From assembly GCF_001194135.2 (NCBI RefSeq), contig NC_068989.1, positions 19,783,616-19,840,418 on the forward strand: 56,803 nt of DNA. The letters are read 5' to 3'. The position numbers and the translations under genes are program-made. Positions 1 to 13,922 of the stretch are shown here, piece after piece. The notes under the pieces are model-generated. The model saw only the letters and a list, made by a program, of their open reading frames with translations. It was not told the origin of the DNA and made no database searches. This DNA comes from Octopus bimaculoides (taxonomy: Eukaryota). Within the stretch, counting starts at the first letter, position 1. Each line of letters starts with the position of its first letter.

Positions 1-61
<61 letters not shown>
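1..61. repeat. (TA)n at the window start (a matching (TA)n ends the window at 56761-56803)
   Basis: Seen directly; suggests the scaffold ends break at microsatellites. Confidence 0.95.
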
Positions 62-64
<3 letters not shown>

Positions 65-1630
65 TGTTGTGTATCTATAAATACATAGTTTGCTTCATAA
101 TGATGTTCTGATTTCTCTATCACTGCATGACACTGACCAAGTCTTCTACTATAACCTCAGACTGGCCAATGCCTTGTAAGTGGAAACAGCAGACAGAAAA
201 TATATGGAAGCTCATCATATGTGTGTGTGTGCATGCAAATTTTCCACTTCGTTCATCATCACACAAACAAAACAGTGATGTGATATTTACATTCCCTACA
301 GTTGTGAGTGGTCACTCAACACTTCCAAAAACCAATAGTACAGAGAAATCCTAACTTGAAAAACAGCTAAGTTCTGGCAACAGAAAGGGCATTAGGATGT
401 AGAATGCTGTCTCAAAACCATGCTAGCATATGCACAAGCATATAAAGTACACATCTACTCTCTCCATATATATATATATGTATGTATCCTCATTTATACA
501 AAGACCCAATTCTTCCATTGTTTCATATATATATATATACATATACACATACACACACACATACATATCTAAGAAAAAGAGAAGACACAGGAAAATGATG
601 GCTATGTTATGAACACTTCATTAGCTTACAGCTGTTTCTAGTATATAAGATGCAGTGGAATCATAGTTGAATGCCTGACACACACAAGTATATATATATA
701 TGTATGTTCATTTATATGTATATACACAAGCTCTGTTCTAGTAAGATCTTCATGTTTATGGCTAAAACAAGTTAAAAGATTATACACACACACACACACA
801 AACACATAAAAAAAAAGAATAAAAGTTTAAATGGTTTACAAGAAATCATTATAAAATTTCTTTAAATGACAGCATTAATTAACAATGAATAACAAGTTAG
901 AAAGACATTTAACTGAAAGTTGTCAGGAACTGAGCAAATGGGAGATGTTAACAGAACAACCCATAAAATTGAACAAAATCTTTAAAAAAATGAAAACAAA
1001 ACAAAACAAATAAAGATAAAAAAGACATACTAATTTATATTATTAGTAATTAATTATGAAATGAAATATAAAATCATCATCATCATCTTGTTTCTTTTAT
1101 ATGTCTCTCTTATCAGCAATGTCTTGTCCCTTGCAGTGTGTACCTACTCACGGCAGATGGTCAGAAACAGTTTTCAAAACTCACAAAATTTATAACAGGC
1201 ACCGCCTCCAGGCAGAGGAGATAGGGGGCCTTTTACAGTCCCCACTTTTTCCCTTTTTCTTTTCATTACTGGACGCTGAAAGTCTGGATGCTTCTGAAAT
1301 CATCATCATAGTTTACGATCCGATGAAGTCGCTGCAGCAGACCTGGTCGACTGTGAATGATGTTGATGGAGCGTTTGCAAATGGCATTGCTGAAGGTAGG
1401 GATGATAAAGAAGTAGTGAGCACACACAGCCAGCACATATGTACAAGCCAGGGTTGTAGCACTCCCCACATCCACCTTTGGTATGTCATTTAATTTTTTT
1501 TTTTATTCCTTGTAAGAGGTAGATTAGTAAAAAAAAAAAATGTGGTGACTGTAGGTAGTATTGATGCTTACATAGATGGTGTGTATGTGGCAAGGGAGGG
1601 GGTCTTATGTGGAGGACTTAGCCTTATGTC

Positions 1631-1656
1631 CATAAGTGGTGGGAGTTGGCTGTTAC

Positions 1657-1690
<34 letters not shown>

Positions 1691-1765
1691 TATAAAATAT
1701 GGTGACTGTAGTAATATCTTAGGTTAGCAGGAAGAGGGACATAAGTGGTGGGAGTTGGCTGTTAC

Positions 1766-1841
<76 letters not shown>
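1631..1841. repeat. 109-bp-period duplication containing (AAT)n and (AGT)n, in the presumed NRBP 3' UTR
   Basis: cataagtggtgggagttggctgttac is identical at 1631 and 1740, each followed by (AAT)n. Confidence 0.85.
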
Positions 1842-2109
1842 ATGTGGTGACTAGCAAAGTTATGTTGATAGGAGTGGGGCTTCATAAAAATAATAAAATG
1901 GTGAATGTAGCATTGTGTCACCTGGATTAGTGGAGTTTTGTGGTGGGAGTAGGCCTTCGTAATAATAACAGTAATAATTATAATAAAACAAAAGAAACTG
2001 AAGTGGAAGTACACGTTTTGTTTGTTTGTTTGTACTGACGCATCACATGGTGACACAATCAATGGCACAGGAGGGGGATGAAACTGTCTGCTGAAAGTTG
2101 GGTTCATGT

Positions 2110-2211
2110 TCAGCCTGAAGGAACAGTAATTGGTGACATTGGACCATTCATGTGGGTACTGCCTTGTCTTAAGTGTTGTTCAATCAAAGTTGCTACCTTG
2201 TCTTTGTCCAA
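2110..2211 (-). CDS. NRBP1: NRBP terminal coding exon (LDKDKVATLIEQHLRQGSTHMNGPMSPITVPSG*)
   Basis: Acceptor ctttgctttccttttcag|TTG, phase 0, TGA at 2110-2112; aligns with human ADQSRLTSLLEETL. Confidence 0.85.
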   Translation of the reverse strand: MDKDKVATLIEQHLRQGSTHMNGPMSPITVPSG

Positions 2212-4650
2212 CTGAAAAGGAAAGCAAAGAAGATAATGTTAAAACCCATATATTTTTGAAATGCTAGAATGCTTAACCCTTTAGCATTCAGGTTTACTCT
2301 GTCACATGTTCATCATCATCATCGTTTAACGTCCACTTTCCATGCTAGCATGGGTTGGACGATTTGACTGAGGACTGGTGAAATCAGATGGCAACACCAG
2401 GCTCCAATCTGATTTGGCAGAGTTTCTACAGCTGGATGCCCTTCCTAACGCCAACCACTCAGAGAGTGTAGTGGTTGCTTTTACGTGTCACCCGCACAAA
2501 GGCCAGTCAGGCGGTACTGGCATGCTTATTTATGGCTTACATTGTAGCTTCAAGATTTCAATGGTGTGACAGTTTATTGTTAGAATGACATCGCGGGGTA
2601 CCTGTGAGAGGCCCAATATGGCTGGTGTGAACATAAAACAAATAAAATATTTGGGTCAGAAAAAGCTGGTTTAATCCTTTAGCATTCAGATTTCTCTGTT
2701 AAATGTAATGCTTGTTCATTCATATTGATATTAATTAGTCATGTATTACCTTGTAACTTTAAGATTTCAATGTTGTGATTATTTTTAGAATAACATTGTA
2801 GGGTAAGTGTGATAGGCCAGATCTGGTAAGTTTGAAGATAGGTACATTATTTTGGTAGGATATCGTCAGTTAAAATGCTGAAGAGTTAAATTATTAAGAG
2901 GCAGATAAAAGCATTATTTATTGGCTTATTTAAAGATAAAAAGTATATCTATATATATAAAAGAGAGTTTGTATGTGTGTGTGTGTGTTCCTTATGTATT
3001 TGAAAACTGAGTTGCCGATGTTGACGTATGGGGTATCAAAAGATTCAGTAATCTTCCAGCTACCAAATAAACTTTATTTTCACTTACATAGTTGCATTAC
3101 AAAAATTAACTATTATAATCTTTCTCTAAGTGAACTATTGTAAACAACATTTTATTCGATGACAATGATGCCACATCTTCTGAGTGTGTATGTGTCTGTC
3201 ATTGTGTGTGTTTGCATGTTCGTTACCTACGTTAGGCCAATGACTGAGAAGTTTGTGTGTGACAGTGTGTATATCTGTCAGTATACATACATTTTTGTGA
3301 CAACTGACACACACACATACAAAGACAAGCAGAGACAGAGATAGACCTGAGGTGTACGTGAATGTATGTCTGTGTGTGTGTCTGTTTTTTTATATGTATG
3401 TGACTGTACCACCCAACAGTGAAACACACCGAGTTTGAAAGAGTTTAGTTTAGTGGCCCGACTGTTGAATAAACAACAGCATTCACTTTGAAGTACCACT
3501 GTTTGAATTTTCCTTTTTATCATGGAGACTTGCAGTTTAAACAGCCTTAATGATTATCACTACTTACGGGCTGAAATATTCTGGTTTTTATAACCAGCAT
3601 GAAGATTTGGCTGATTTGACAGCACTCACAATACTTGCAAATATACCTGAAAAAAAAATTTTCCTTCTGGTTATTATAACAGATTCAGAAACTTGGCAAA
3701 GTAAAAAGCTTTAGCAGCTCTTTCAATATAATTACAGAAATGTTATTCCGGTCCTTATAATCAGTTTGAAGATAATGCTTTTTATTAACAGTCCTAGCAT
3801 CTTTATTGTATTCCTACTATGCTGTTTTATCAGTGTGAGTATTTAACACTGCGTAAACTTTTTTTCATTAGTCTGTATTGCCCCTGGACTGGCTCTTGTG
3901 CGGGTGACACATGAGGTTTCTCGAGCGAGATGAGTGTGGCCGTTGCCAGTACCGCCTGACTGGCCTTCGTGCGGGTGACACGTAAAAGCACCCACTACAC
4001 TCTCTGAGTGGTTGACCTTAGGAAGGGCATCCAGCTGTNNNNNNNNNNCACTCTCTGAGTGGTTGACCTTAGGAAGGGCATCCAGCTGTAGAAACACTGC
4101 CAAATCAGATTGGAGCCTGGTGTAGCCATCTGGTTTCACCAGTCCTCAGTCAAATCGTCCAACCCATGCTAGCATGGAAAGCGGACGTTAAACGACGACG
4201 ACGATGACGATAACCTTACACAGTTAAAATATATTGTAAGTGATGTCTATTTTAGGTCTTGCTACATACATCCTTCAGCAAATGTTTTAAATTAATTAAC
4301 GTTCACAACAGCAACATATTCCTTTGTTGTATGTTTTCATTCTTTCATCCAGTGTCACATTATTTCTGGCTGAAAATATGGGCTATTTTAACTTCTCAGC
4401 TGTAAAGAGTACCAGCCGGAGTACTGGGGTAACCCTCTCTCCTGCCATCTATCACATCATAAACGTTCTGCCAAGTCAAGAGTGAAGGGTTGAGAGGGTG
4501 CCTGTGTGGTAAGTAGCTTGCTTACAAGTCACATGGTTCCGGGTTCAGTCCCACTGCGTGGCACCTTGGGCAAGTGTCTTCTACTATAGCCTCAGCCCGA
4601 CCAAAGCCCTGTGAGTGGATTTGGTAAATGGAAACTGAAAGAAGCCTGTC

Positions 4651-4696
<46 letters not shown>

Positions 4697-6595
4697 GTGT
4701 GTGTGTGTCTGTGGTTGTCCCTCCAACATCGCTTGACAACCGATGCTGGTGTGTTTACGTCCTTGTAACTTAGCGGTTCGGCAAAAGATACCGATAGAAT
4801 AAGTACTAGGCTTCCAAAGAATAAGTCCTGGGGTCGATTTGCTCGACTAAATGTGGTGCTCCAGCATGGCCGCAGTCAAATGACTGAAACAATTAAAAGA
4901 GTAAAAGAGTAACGGGTAAGAGTATCTGTGAATGATGGTGTTGTAGCAGTGAAATCAAACACACAAACATGCACTAATACAGCAGACAGGTCAAAGACAA
5001 AATATATACCTCATTTATAAAGCCATAATGTACCAGTTCCTCAGCTAAAGTAGAAGCATTGTCCTCTTGAGAGATCTCACACTGTAACTGTCGATTCATT
5101 TTGTCGTCCATACGTAGTAGAAGAGTTAAATTCAAGTTGCAATTCTCATCTGGCTTTCGCATCTGACATGCCATGTTGGTTACCATCCGTGTTTCAACAT
5201 CCATAGGTTCTGGAGTCTCGGACTTGACAGACTCAGCTAGTTCAGGAGTAATGGCACGAGGACGTGAGGGCGGGGGGCGAGGTAATGCAAAGGCAGTTAA
5301 TGGGTAAATTCCATTTCTAGAAACAATAAAAGAAAAAAAAAAACCCATTTTATAGGTGCATGTACTTGGCAAGTGAAATTTTTAATTTAATTATAAAATT
5401 AAATATAACTTAGCAAAAATTTTAATCCAATAGACTTGAGCAAAAAGCAGATATTCCAACAAATATATTTGCTTTGCATATACATAGCAAATGACATCCA
5501 GTTGGTATATATATCCAAAACACATCATAACTAAAAAACATAGGGTGAATGGTAGGAATCAAGAATACATTAAACAATGTGTCCTCCCTTCTCTAAGATA
5601 TACAATATCTGAAAAAGAAAAAAGAAAACCCTCAAAAGACATACCAAAATTGATAGACATTGATAGACTAGATTTTTTTTTCAACTAATCGTAAAAAAAA
5701 AAATTTCAACTTACCGGACATCTTCTAAAAATTTTTCTAATTCAATTGAGCCGACTTGACTAAATCTGAAATTGGGGGAAAAAAGAAAAAGGTTAAAGTT
5801 TAAAGTAGGATCAAAGTACTCTTTTAGACATTCAAGACTAAAACAATAAAACAAGAAACAAAATGTTTGATGAAAGATACCTTAATCTCTAAACTGGAGA
5901 ATGAACTGAAACAATAATTTCTCTTATAATCTACACACACAAACACACCCACCCATAACATATCTGTAGTATTGTCACATTGCCTTCTGTGCATGCGTGC
6001 TTATAATTGGTACTATTGTAGTCACATGATCGAAGTTTGAGCCTGATCGCACCATTTTTCTTTCTGGCTTTACAGTGTAAGCATGGCCACACCACTAGCA
6101 ATGTGCACCGAAGAAGAACAAAGGGCAGTGACCCAAGAGATGGTAATGGTGAACCAGTTCACCATTACCATCTCTTGAGCTTGCTGAATCTTCTCATTAG
6201 TAGTGGAGGTTGATGGGTGTTCTGCACCCCCTCCTTCCACCTTCATACGTCACGCTTGTCCAGCCACTTCTAAACTTCTTGATTCACTCATACACACTTC
6301 AATGCAGTAATGCACTGTCCCTATATTGTGCTAAAAGCCTCCAATGAATTTCAGCACCTGACACACCTTTCGACCAGAGAAATCGGACCACTGCACTTTG
6401 TTCTTCTTCGGTGCACATTGCTAGTGGAGTGGCCATGCTTACACTGTAAAGCCAGAAAGAAAATAGTGCCATTGGGCTCAAACTTCGATCACGTGACCAC
6501 AATAGTACCAAGTATAAGCACGCATGTGCAAAAGGCAGCCCGACAATAATGAAGTCATGCTATGGCGAAAGTGCGGATAATTTTTAACTCCCCTT

Positions 6596-6651
<56 letters not shown>

Positions 6652-8839
6652 TTTAAAGTCCACTTCTCCATGCTTGCATGGATTGGACAGAATTTGCTGA
6701 AGCAGATTTTCTATAGCCTGATGCTCTTCCTGTCAACAACCCTCACCTATTTGAAGTAAGTTAATATTTCCCCATAGCCAGACATCTTTTCATGGAAGAT
6801 TGGAAATGGACATTGCTTGCATGATGGTGAGACTCATTTACAACTACCACATGATGTCAAGGCAAGGAGACAGAAACACAAGCTGGCTGTGTGTTTATGC
6901 ATGCTGACAAGATCAATGTCCCACATAAACAAAAAAGTCCAGCACTTTGGCAGTTTCTGTGAAGACATAGAATAAAGTAGCATACTTGAAAATAAGGGAT
7001 GACACCAGGAAGCTGTAGAATACCAAGTTTTGTCCAACCAATGCCAGCATGGGAAAAAGAGTCAAAGGTGACAAATGATAATATAATGCACCAGATTAGC
7101 CTATGTTTGTGTCTCAGAGAAAATATTAATTAATCTGTCTGTGCCAGTCTTACTTACCATGCTAACAAACAGGCATAGATTGAATAGTCCGAACCCAAAA
7201 GAAAATGAGAGAATAGATTCTGACTGAAGTAGCTTTTTATTTTTTTTTGTTTAAAAGATGTATGTATGCACATATATATGTTGGGGCAAGTGAAATCGGA
7301 ATCGAAATCATAATTGAACCATACTCGATTACTGGCACCTGTGCCAGTGGAGCACTAACAGTACTGTCCGAGCGTGTTCATTGCCAGAGCAGCTGTCTGG
7401 CTTCCGTGCTAGTGCCCCCTAAATAGCACCATTTGAGCGTAATCATCACTAGAATCTCCTTCTAGCACTTGTGGTGGTGGCACGTTAGAAAATCATTCGA
7501 GCGAGGTCGTTGCCAGTGCTGCTGGACTGGCTCCCGTGCAGGTGGCATGTAAAAAACACCTTTTTGAGCATGGCCGTTGCCAGTACCGTGTGACTGGCCC
7601 TCGTGCCGGTGGCACGTAAAAGCACCCACTANNNNNNNNNNCGTAATCATCACTAGAATCTCCTTCTAGCACTTGTGGTGGTGGCACGTTAGAAAATCAT
7701 TCGAGCGAGGTCGTTGCCAGTGCTGCTGGACTGGCTCCCGTGCAGGTGGCATGTAAAAAACACCTTTTTGAGCATGGCCGTTGCCAGTACCGTGTGACTG
7801 GCCCTCGTGCCGGTGGCACGTAAAAGCACCCACTACACTCTCGGAGTGGTTAGCGTTAAGGAAGGGCATCCAGCTGTAGAAACTCTGCCAGATCAGATTG
7901 GAGCCTGGTGCAGTCTCCTGGCTTGCCAGTCCTCAGTCAAATCATCTAACCAATGGTAGCATGGAAAGCAGACGTTAAACAATGATGATAATGATGATGA
8001 TGAATTCCATTTAAAATTTCATAACACAAGCAGATAACGTTGCCATTAATATATGAAATGCCTGTTTTGTAGTAACATAAAATTCTAAGGGAGATAATTA
8101 TGTGATTGATTCTACTTCATACTGCAATTGATTACCGATTTTGCTAATACAGTATATCGCTGATATCTATTTTATCTACCACCAGAAAAAGGACGGTTAA
8201 AGTTAACTCAAGCAGATTTGGAAATCAAAAATGAGTGGCTGCATTTAGAAAGTTTCTTGGGCAGTGCCAACTTCATTATTCTAAATAACTTTTCATTAGC
8301 ACAAGACCACAAATTTGAAAGGCAAGGAAGAGTTAATTTATTTGCCCTTAATGCATAATTGGTATTTATATTACCAATCCTAGAGGAAATAAATAAATAA
8401 GTAGGCCTCTGTGTGATTTCGTTAAATATAATTATTTCTAGCAGGTTCAATGTCACAAATTTTGGAGGATGGTACAGTTATTTACACTGATCTAGGAGAA
8501 AAGAATGGCAAAGTTAGTTGTGGCAGGATTTGAACTCAGAATGTAACTAATTACTCCAAAATATTTTCTGAAGCCCTACACTGACTCTAACAATGCTTTG
8601 ACCTTCTTTGGATAATAACAACATGGTTAGAAAACTGACATTTTTAAGGATTAAATAATATGTGTACAATAGCATTACAGTTCCATGACAAGATATATAC
8701 TGAGTTTTATTAGTTTGTTGCAAACAAAACATGCTACATTCATATAATTAAACAAGCAGAAGGACCCGGTTTCACTTAGGTTATAACACAGTACTCTTTG
8801 CTTGTAATGTAATTTGACACCTTCCTTCTAGGCATGGTT

Positions 8840-8874
<35 letters not shown>

Positions 8875-11800
8875 AAAGGACCTGTTTGTACTTTGGTATG
8901 AAATAATTTTTTTCCACAAGTTTTTTCAAGTGCATTCAATGTATCTGATCTCCAAACCTGTTGCAAGTCACTTTTTCCNNNNNNNNNNNNNNNNNNNNNN
9001 NNNNNNNNNNNNNNNNNNNNNNNNNNNNNNNNNNNNNNNNNNNNNNNNNNNNNNNNNNNNNNNNNNNNNNNNNAGGGAGGGGACCTCGGAGCTTCCCACC
9101 AACGGAGTTTTGTTTCCCAACTTACATCTACTGGGACCTAACAGTTACTAACAGCTAATGACTACAAAGAACTAACATATTTGAATATGAAAATCATTTG
9201 ATTAACAAAATTTAAATGTAAGATAGGGCAGAGATTCTCCTCTAAAATTATAAAAAATTTTCTCTTTTCTATTTCACTTACTTCCACTGCATAAAACCAT
9301 GTTCTTTGAAGTTAATCTCTGCAATCACCTTGGAGGGATCAGTTTTTGGTAAATATGCTTCTTCTGCCATATTGCCTGGGAGAATATCTGGAAAAGAATA
9401 AATATAAGAAATTACTGAAATGTTTGATATGAAGATTGCAAAAATTTCCTTTGTATACATGCCAACTATAAATCTGCTTAGTAGTAGAGCACTAATGTAG
9501 AGATGGTAACTATGATATTGTTTGTTAACATGAGACATGGGCATAGAGAAAGAATGACAGTCATAGTGAGTAGTAAGAGGCAATGGTATATAGAAGTACA
9601 GGTATAGTAATATCCAGTAACATGAAACACTGCTACATAGCAACAGAGCTATATCTTTCAAAAGTGAAGTGGGAACAAGAACGGAAACAATTAAAACAAG
9701 TTTCTTCATATATTGGTCCCTTGTGATGGAAGTTTTACTTTTCACAGTGATGGATACAAACAGTGACTCTTGGTATACTAAAGTAGAAGAATCTGGCATG
9801 ATGTCACCGGATCCCTTTCCTGCTAAATCCGTTACAAATGAATCTATCAAAATAACAATTAACCGTTTTATTTATTACTGTTGCTGTTGTAAAAATAGGG
9901 GGGAAAAAAGTTGCTTACAAGAATTTTTTACAAAGCAGTTTCCAGCTAGCAGTTTTAAGGAGTGTACTTCAAACAGTACAGCATGAAAAAGCAGTTCACG
10001 GGATCCTGGCCTTTTCTGAGGATCTCGTTCAATACAACGTCTAATGAAATCCTGAAATAATACAAAATGAAAAATTGCTTTACTTATGTTTGCAGAAGGT
10101 CAGCAAAATGTTTAGAAATGAGTTCAAAGTTTAAATAAAATACAGAAAATAAAGTGAAAATATGTTATATAAAATAAAACTTTATTTACAATTCCAAATG
10201 ATTAAGTAAAAAGATCAAAGTTTACCACTCTAATGGGAAGTTCATTTTGTCCTTTTAGGATTGATAAAAAAAGTCCCAATTGAGGGCAGTAGATTAGTGG
10301 AACTGTTAAGGGTCAGGTGAGATGTGCTGCAGTATTAATCCAGGTTCTTTGTGTTTTGGCAGTAATAGTTGCATAGACCAAAGACCAAGTCATTGGCCTT
10401 TCCTTTGGATAAACATTGGTGGATTGAAGGATTTAGTTGATCATATCAACCTCAGTACCTCTTTTTCTAAGCTGGGTATTTATTTTGTCAGTCTCCTTTT
10501 GCCAAACAGCTAAGTTGCAGGGACATAAACAAACTTCAGTTTCTGTTTACTAAATCCTCTCATAAGGCTTTGGTTGGCCTGGGACTATAGTAGAAGATAT
10601 TTGCCCAACGTACCATGCAGCGAGACTGAAACTAGAATCACGTAGCTGGGAAGTCCACCACAACTGGACTTCACTAAATGTGCTAAAGACCAAGATATAT
10701 GCCCAAAGGCTGAAAAACTGATTTAGCAAGACACTTGAAGCAATGTGGTTTTCTGGTCAGGAATGCCAAATATAATATTAGAGCTTGACTCAGCCCTGCA
10801 ATTCGCTGGTTCCCTGTCAAACAGTCTTACCTAAGCTAACATGGATGACTTAGGATGTTAAATAAAGCATGATGAATGATGATGGACTATATTGAAAATT
10901 AATCAAGTTCAAGTAAGATGAATAAATTTGAAAGTTGTGCATGTACACACACAGACTCATGTATCTATGTATGCCTCTCTAAAAAAAGTTCACCCAAATA
11001 CAATTAAAATTCCAAATAGTGAATCACAAAACAACCTTTTAGCATTTAAACTGGCTATATCTGGCTCAAATATTCTACTTCTTTTACATTCAAACCAACC
11101 AGATTTGGCCTTTCCCACCTATCCTATAATATCATTTTAAAAATAAGCAATCCTCTCATTCATTATCTATGAAATAATATGTAATTCAAAGCAACATGAA
11201 TAAATGAACATTACATCTGATAGAGTAATCTGAATGCCAAGGGGTTAATGCTGCAAAGCAACATCTCTCCAGGCTCTCTATATCAACTATGCCATTGTCT
11301 CCAACCAAAACTTGAGGAACAATAAACAGTGCCGGTGGCACATAAAAACACCCATTACACTTTCGGAGTGGTTGGTGTTAGGAAGAGATCCAGCCATAGA
11401 AAACCATGTGAAATCAGACTGGAACCTGGTGCAGCCTTCCAGTGTGCCAGCCTGGTCAAACCGTTCAACCCATGCCAGCATGGACATCATCATCATCGTT
11501 GTTTAACGTACGCTTTCCATGCTAGCATGGGTTGGACGATTTGACTGAAGACTGGCAAGCCAGAAGGCTGCACCAGGCTCCAATCTGATTTGGCAGAGTT
11601 TCTACAGCTGGATGCCCTTCCTAAGGCCAACCACTCCGAGAGTGTAGTGGGTGCTTTTACGTGCCACCGGCATGAGGGCCAGTCACACGGTACTGGCAAC
11701 GACCACGCTCAAAAAGGTGTTTTTTATGTGCCACCTGCACGGGAGCCAGTCCAGCGGCACTGGCAACGACCTCACTCGAACAGATGTTAAATGATGATGA

Positions 11801-13881
11801 TGAGGAGGACGATGGTGATGATGAATAAGAAACCCATCCACACTCTGGTAGAGATTCACCGTTACTTACCCTTTGTAAGGAGTCTTCTAAAGATTCTAAT
11901 GTACATTTTATTGCTTCTGGTGTCACATTGGCTTCACCATTTCCTTGGATTTCTAGAGCTGCCATCTGTTCAAACAGTAAGAGGGGGAACAATCATTAAT
12001 TATTCAATTATAAAGGCACAAGTAATACATATAGAAATATAATAAATTTAAAACTAAACAGTATTATATAGATCTAATTAAATAATTAATTATTCACATT
12101 TATAGTAGCACAGTGGTGTTAATACAATGAACTGTTTGATCACAAGATCAAGAGTTCAAGCTTTGTTACAAGTATTTTGTGAGCACCACTTAAAGGGAAA
12201 GAGTAGTATGGAAATCAAAATAGGCACCAAATATTCCCCTATGGTTGATTGGTTAGATTATTTAGCTAGATAATCAACTGTAAAGAAGACTGATACCACA
12301 AAATGCAAATATGAAAAAAAAAAAAGGCTAAGGTGTGCCAATCTTTTTTTTAAAAAAAGGAAAAAAAATAATATAAAAGAAGTGCAACAATAAAAAAGAA
12401 AAACAGGAAGATCAATAAGTAAAATAGATGTGTCCAGGAAGCTGGTTTTCGTGACTCATGTAGGAATAACTAGCACCAAACAAGTGGAATTGACAGTTTA
12501 AAAAAGGTGTATGGAAGTAGATACAAGCAGGTTGGGTCTCTTAACAAATAGCTACAAAGGTATGGTACTATTGAAAAGTAATGCAAATTAAGTTATGATC
12601 CTTTACACATTGAAACAATACAGTGATTTCCAATACATGCCTATTATATGTATGGACAATTTGTAATGTAATGTAAGGTATGCTTTTCTTTAAGTAAACA
12701 GAATTTTAGTATTGCTGGGAATAGAAAACAAAAGGGTCACACAAGTTTTATATTCCCATGGGTAGAAATTGTGAAATTGATCTGACTAGTTTCTATCCTT
12801 TTTAAAGTCATCAGAGAAAGTATATTCATCATTTGGTCATGAAGAGGTTAAAAGCTTATGGCTTTTAATAGAATATATGAACAAGGATTTAGCTGAACTG
12901 ATAAACAAATAAGCTACTAATCATTCTATGGATTGTTATTCATTCTCCGATGAAGTTCTAAGATATGGAAACTAGTCAGATTTTGTTTACTTTCCATAGT
13001 GAGGCTAAAATTGTGTGTATAACAGGTAAACCTTCACATTAAATATTTTAAATATTTGAGAGAAAAATAAATGCTGTTTAATATACCATGATCGTTTGTT
13101 TGTTTAACCCTCTAGCATTCACATTATTCTGTCAAAAGTAAAGCTTGTTTATTCACATGATTCTAATTAATCTTGCATTGTCTTGTAGCTTTGAGATTTT
13201 GATGAAATAACCATTTCTTTTTTAGAATGATATTGTAGGGTTGGTGTGAGAAACCAGATCTAGCCAGTTAGAACATAAAAATAGGGAGAATATTTTGGCT
13301 GGATATGGCTGGTTTAAATGCTGAAGGGTTAATGTTTGTTTTCCCATGTTAGCATGGCTTAGATGTGAGAGGAATGGGACACAGGGTTTTTAAGGTACTT
13401 TTCCTGCTGCCAACCCATACTTCTTTTTCAGGTAAGGGATTGTCTTATTTTATTTCAGAGGAACTCAAAAGCACAGAGCTAGCAGATGATTTGTTGACTA
13501 GAAATGTCTGGGTGGCAGCATAGCTACAAATGGTGACATAACTGCTTGTGGTTGAGCTACAATCACTGTTTGTAGCCATAGCTCAGGTAAGGTCGTAAAT
13601 ATGAATGCATGAACATATGCATGCATTCAAGCACACAAACGCAACAGGCTTCTTTTATTTTCCATTTACCAACTTCCTCTCTTACTCTTTTTACTTTTTT
13701 ACTTGTTTCAGTCATTTGACTGCGGCCATGCTGGAGCACAGCCTTTAGTCGAGCAAATCGACCCCAGGACTTATTCTTTGAAAGCCTAGTACTTATTCTA
13801 TCGGTCTCTTTTTGCTGAACCGCTATGTTACGGGGACGTAAACACACCAGCATCGGTTGTCAAGCGATGGTGGGGAAACAA

Positions 13882-13922
<41 letters not shown>

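Noticed and set aside
1101-1493. 130-aa plus-strand ORF, and minus-strand ORF 1266-1475
   Set aside because: No recognisable domain; lies in or antisense to the presumed NRBP 3' UTR downstream of the stop at 2110.
2378-2569. Recurrent peptides such as QSDLAEFLQLDALPNANHSESVVGAFTCH in several ORFs
   Set aside because: They are chance translations of the family B repeat, not a gene family.
3990-4090. Apparent direct repeat on both sides of a 10-N gap
   Set aside because: Identical sequence flanking a fixed 10-N gap is typical of unmerged overlapping contig ends.
7441-7832. ~190-bp exact tandem duplication within a family B element
   Set aside because: The copies are separated by a 10-N gap and look identical, so this is likely an assembly artifact; the duplicated ORFs 7462-7869 go with it.
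7300-7860. Regularly spaced ~50-bp units superficially like a CRISPR array
   Set aside because: Eukaryotic context, degenerate units, no unique spacers and no cas genes; these are internal subrepeats of a retro-repeat.
9278-9850. 190-aa minus-strand ORF
   Set aside because: Only 9282-9387 is an NRBP exon; the rest is open intronic sequence with no homology.
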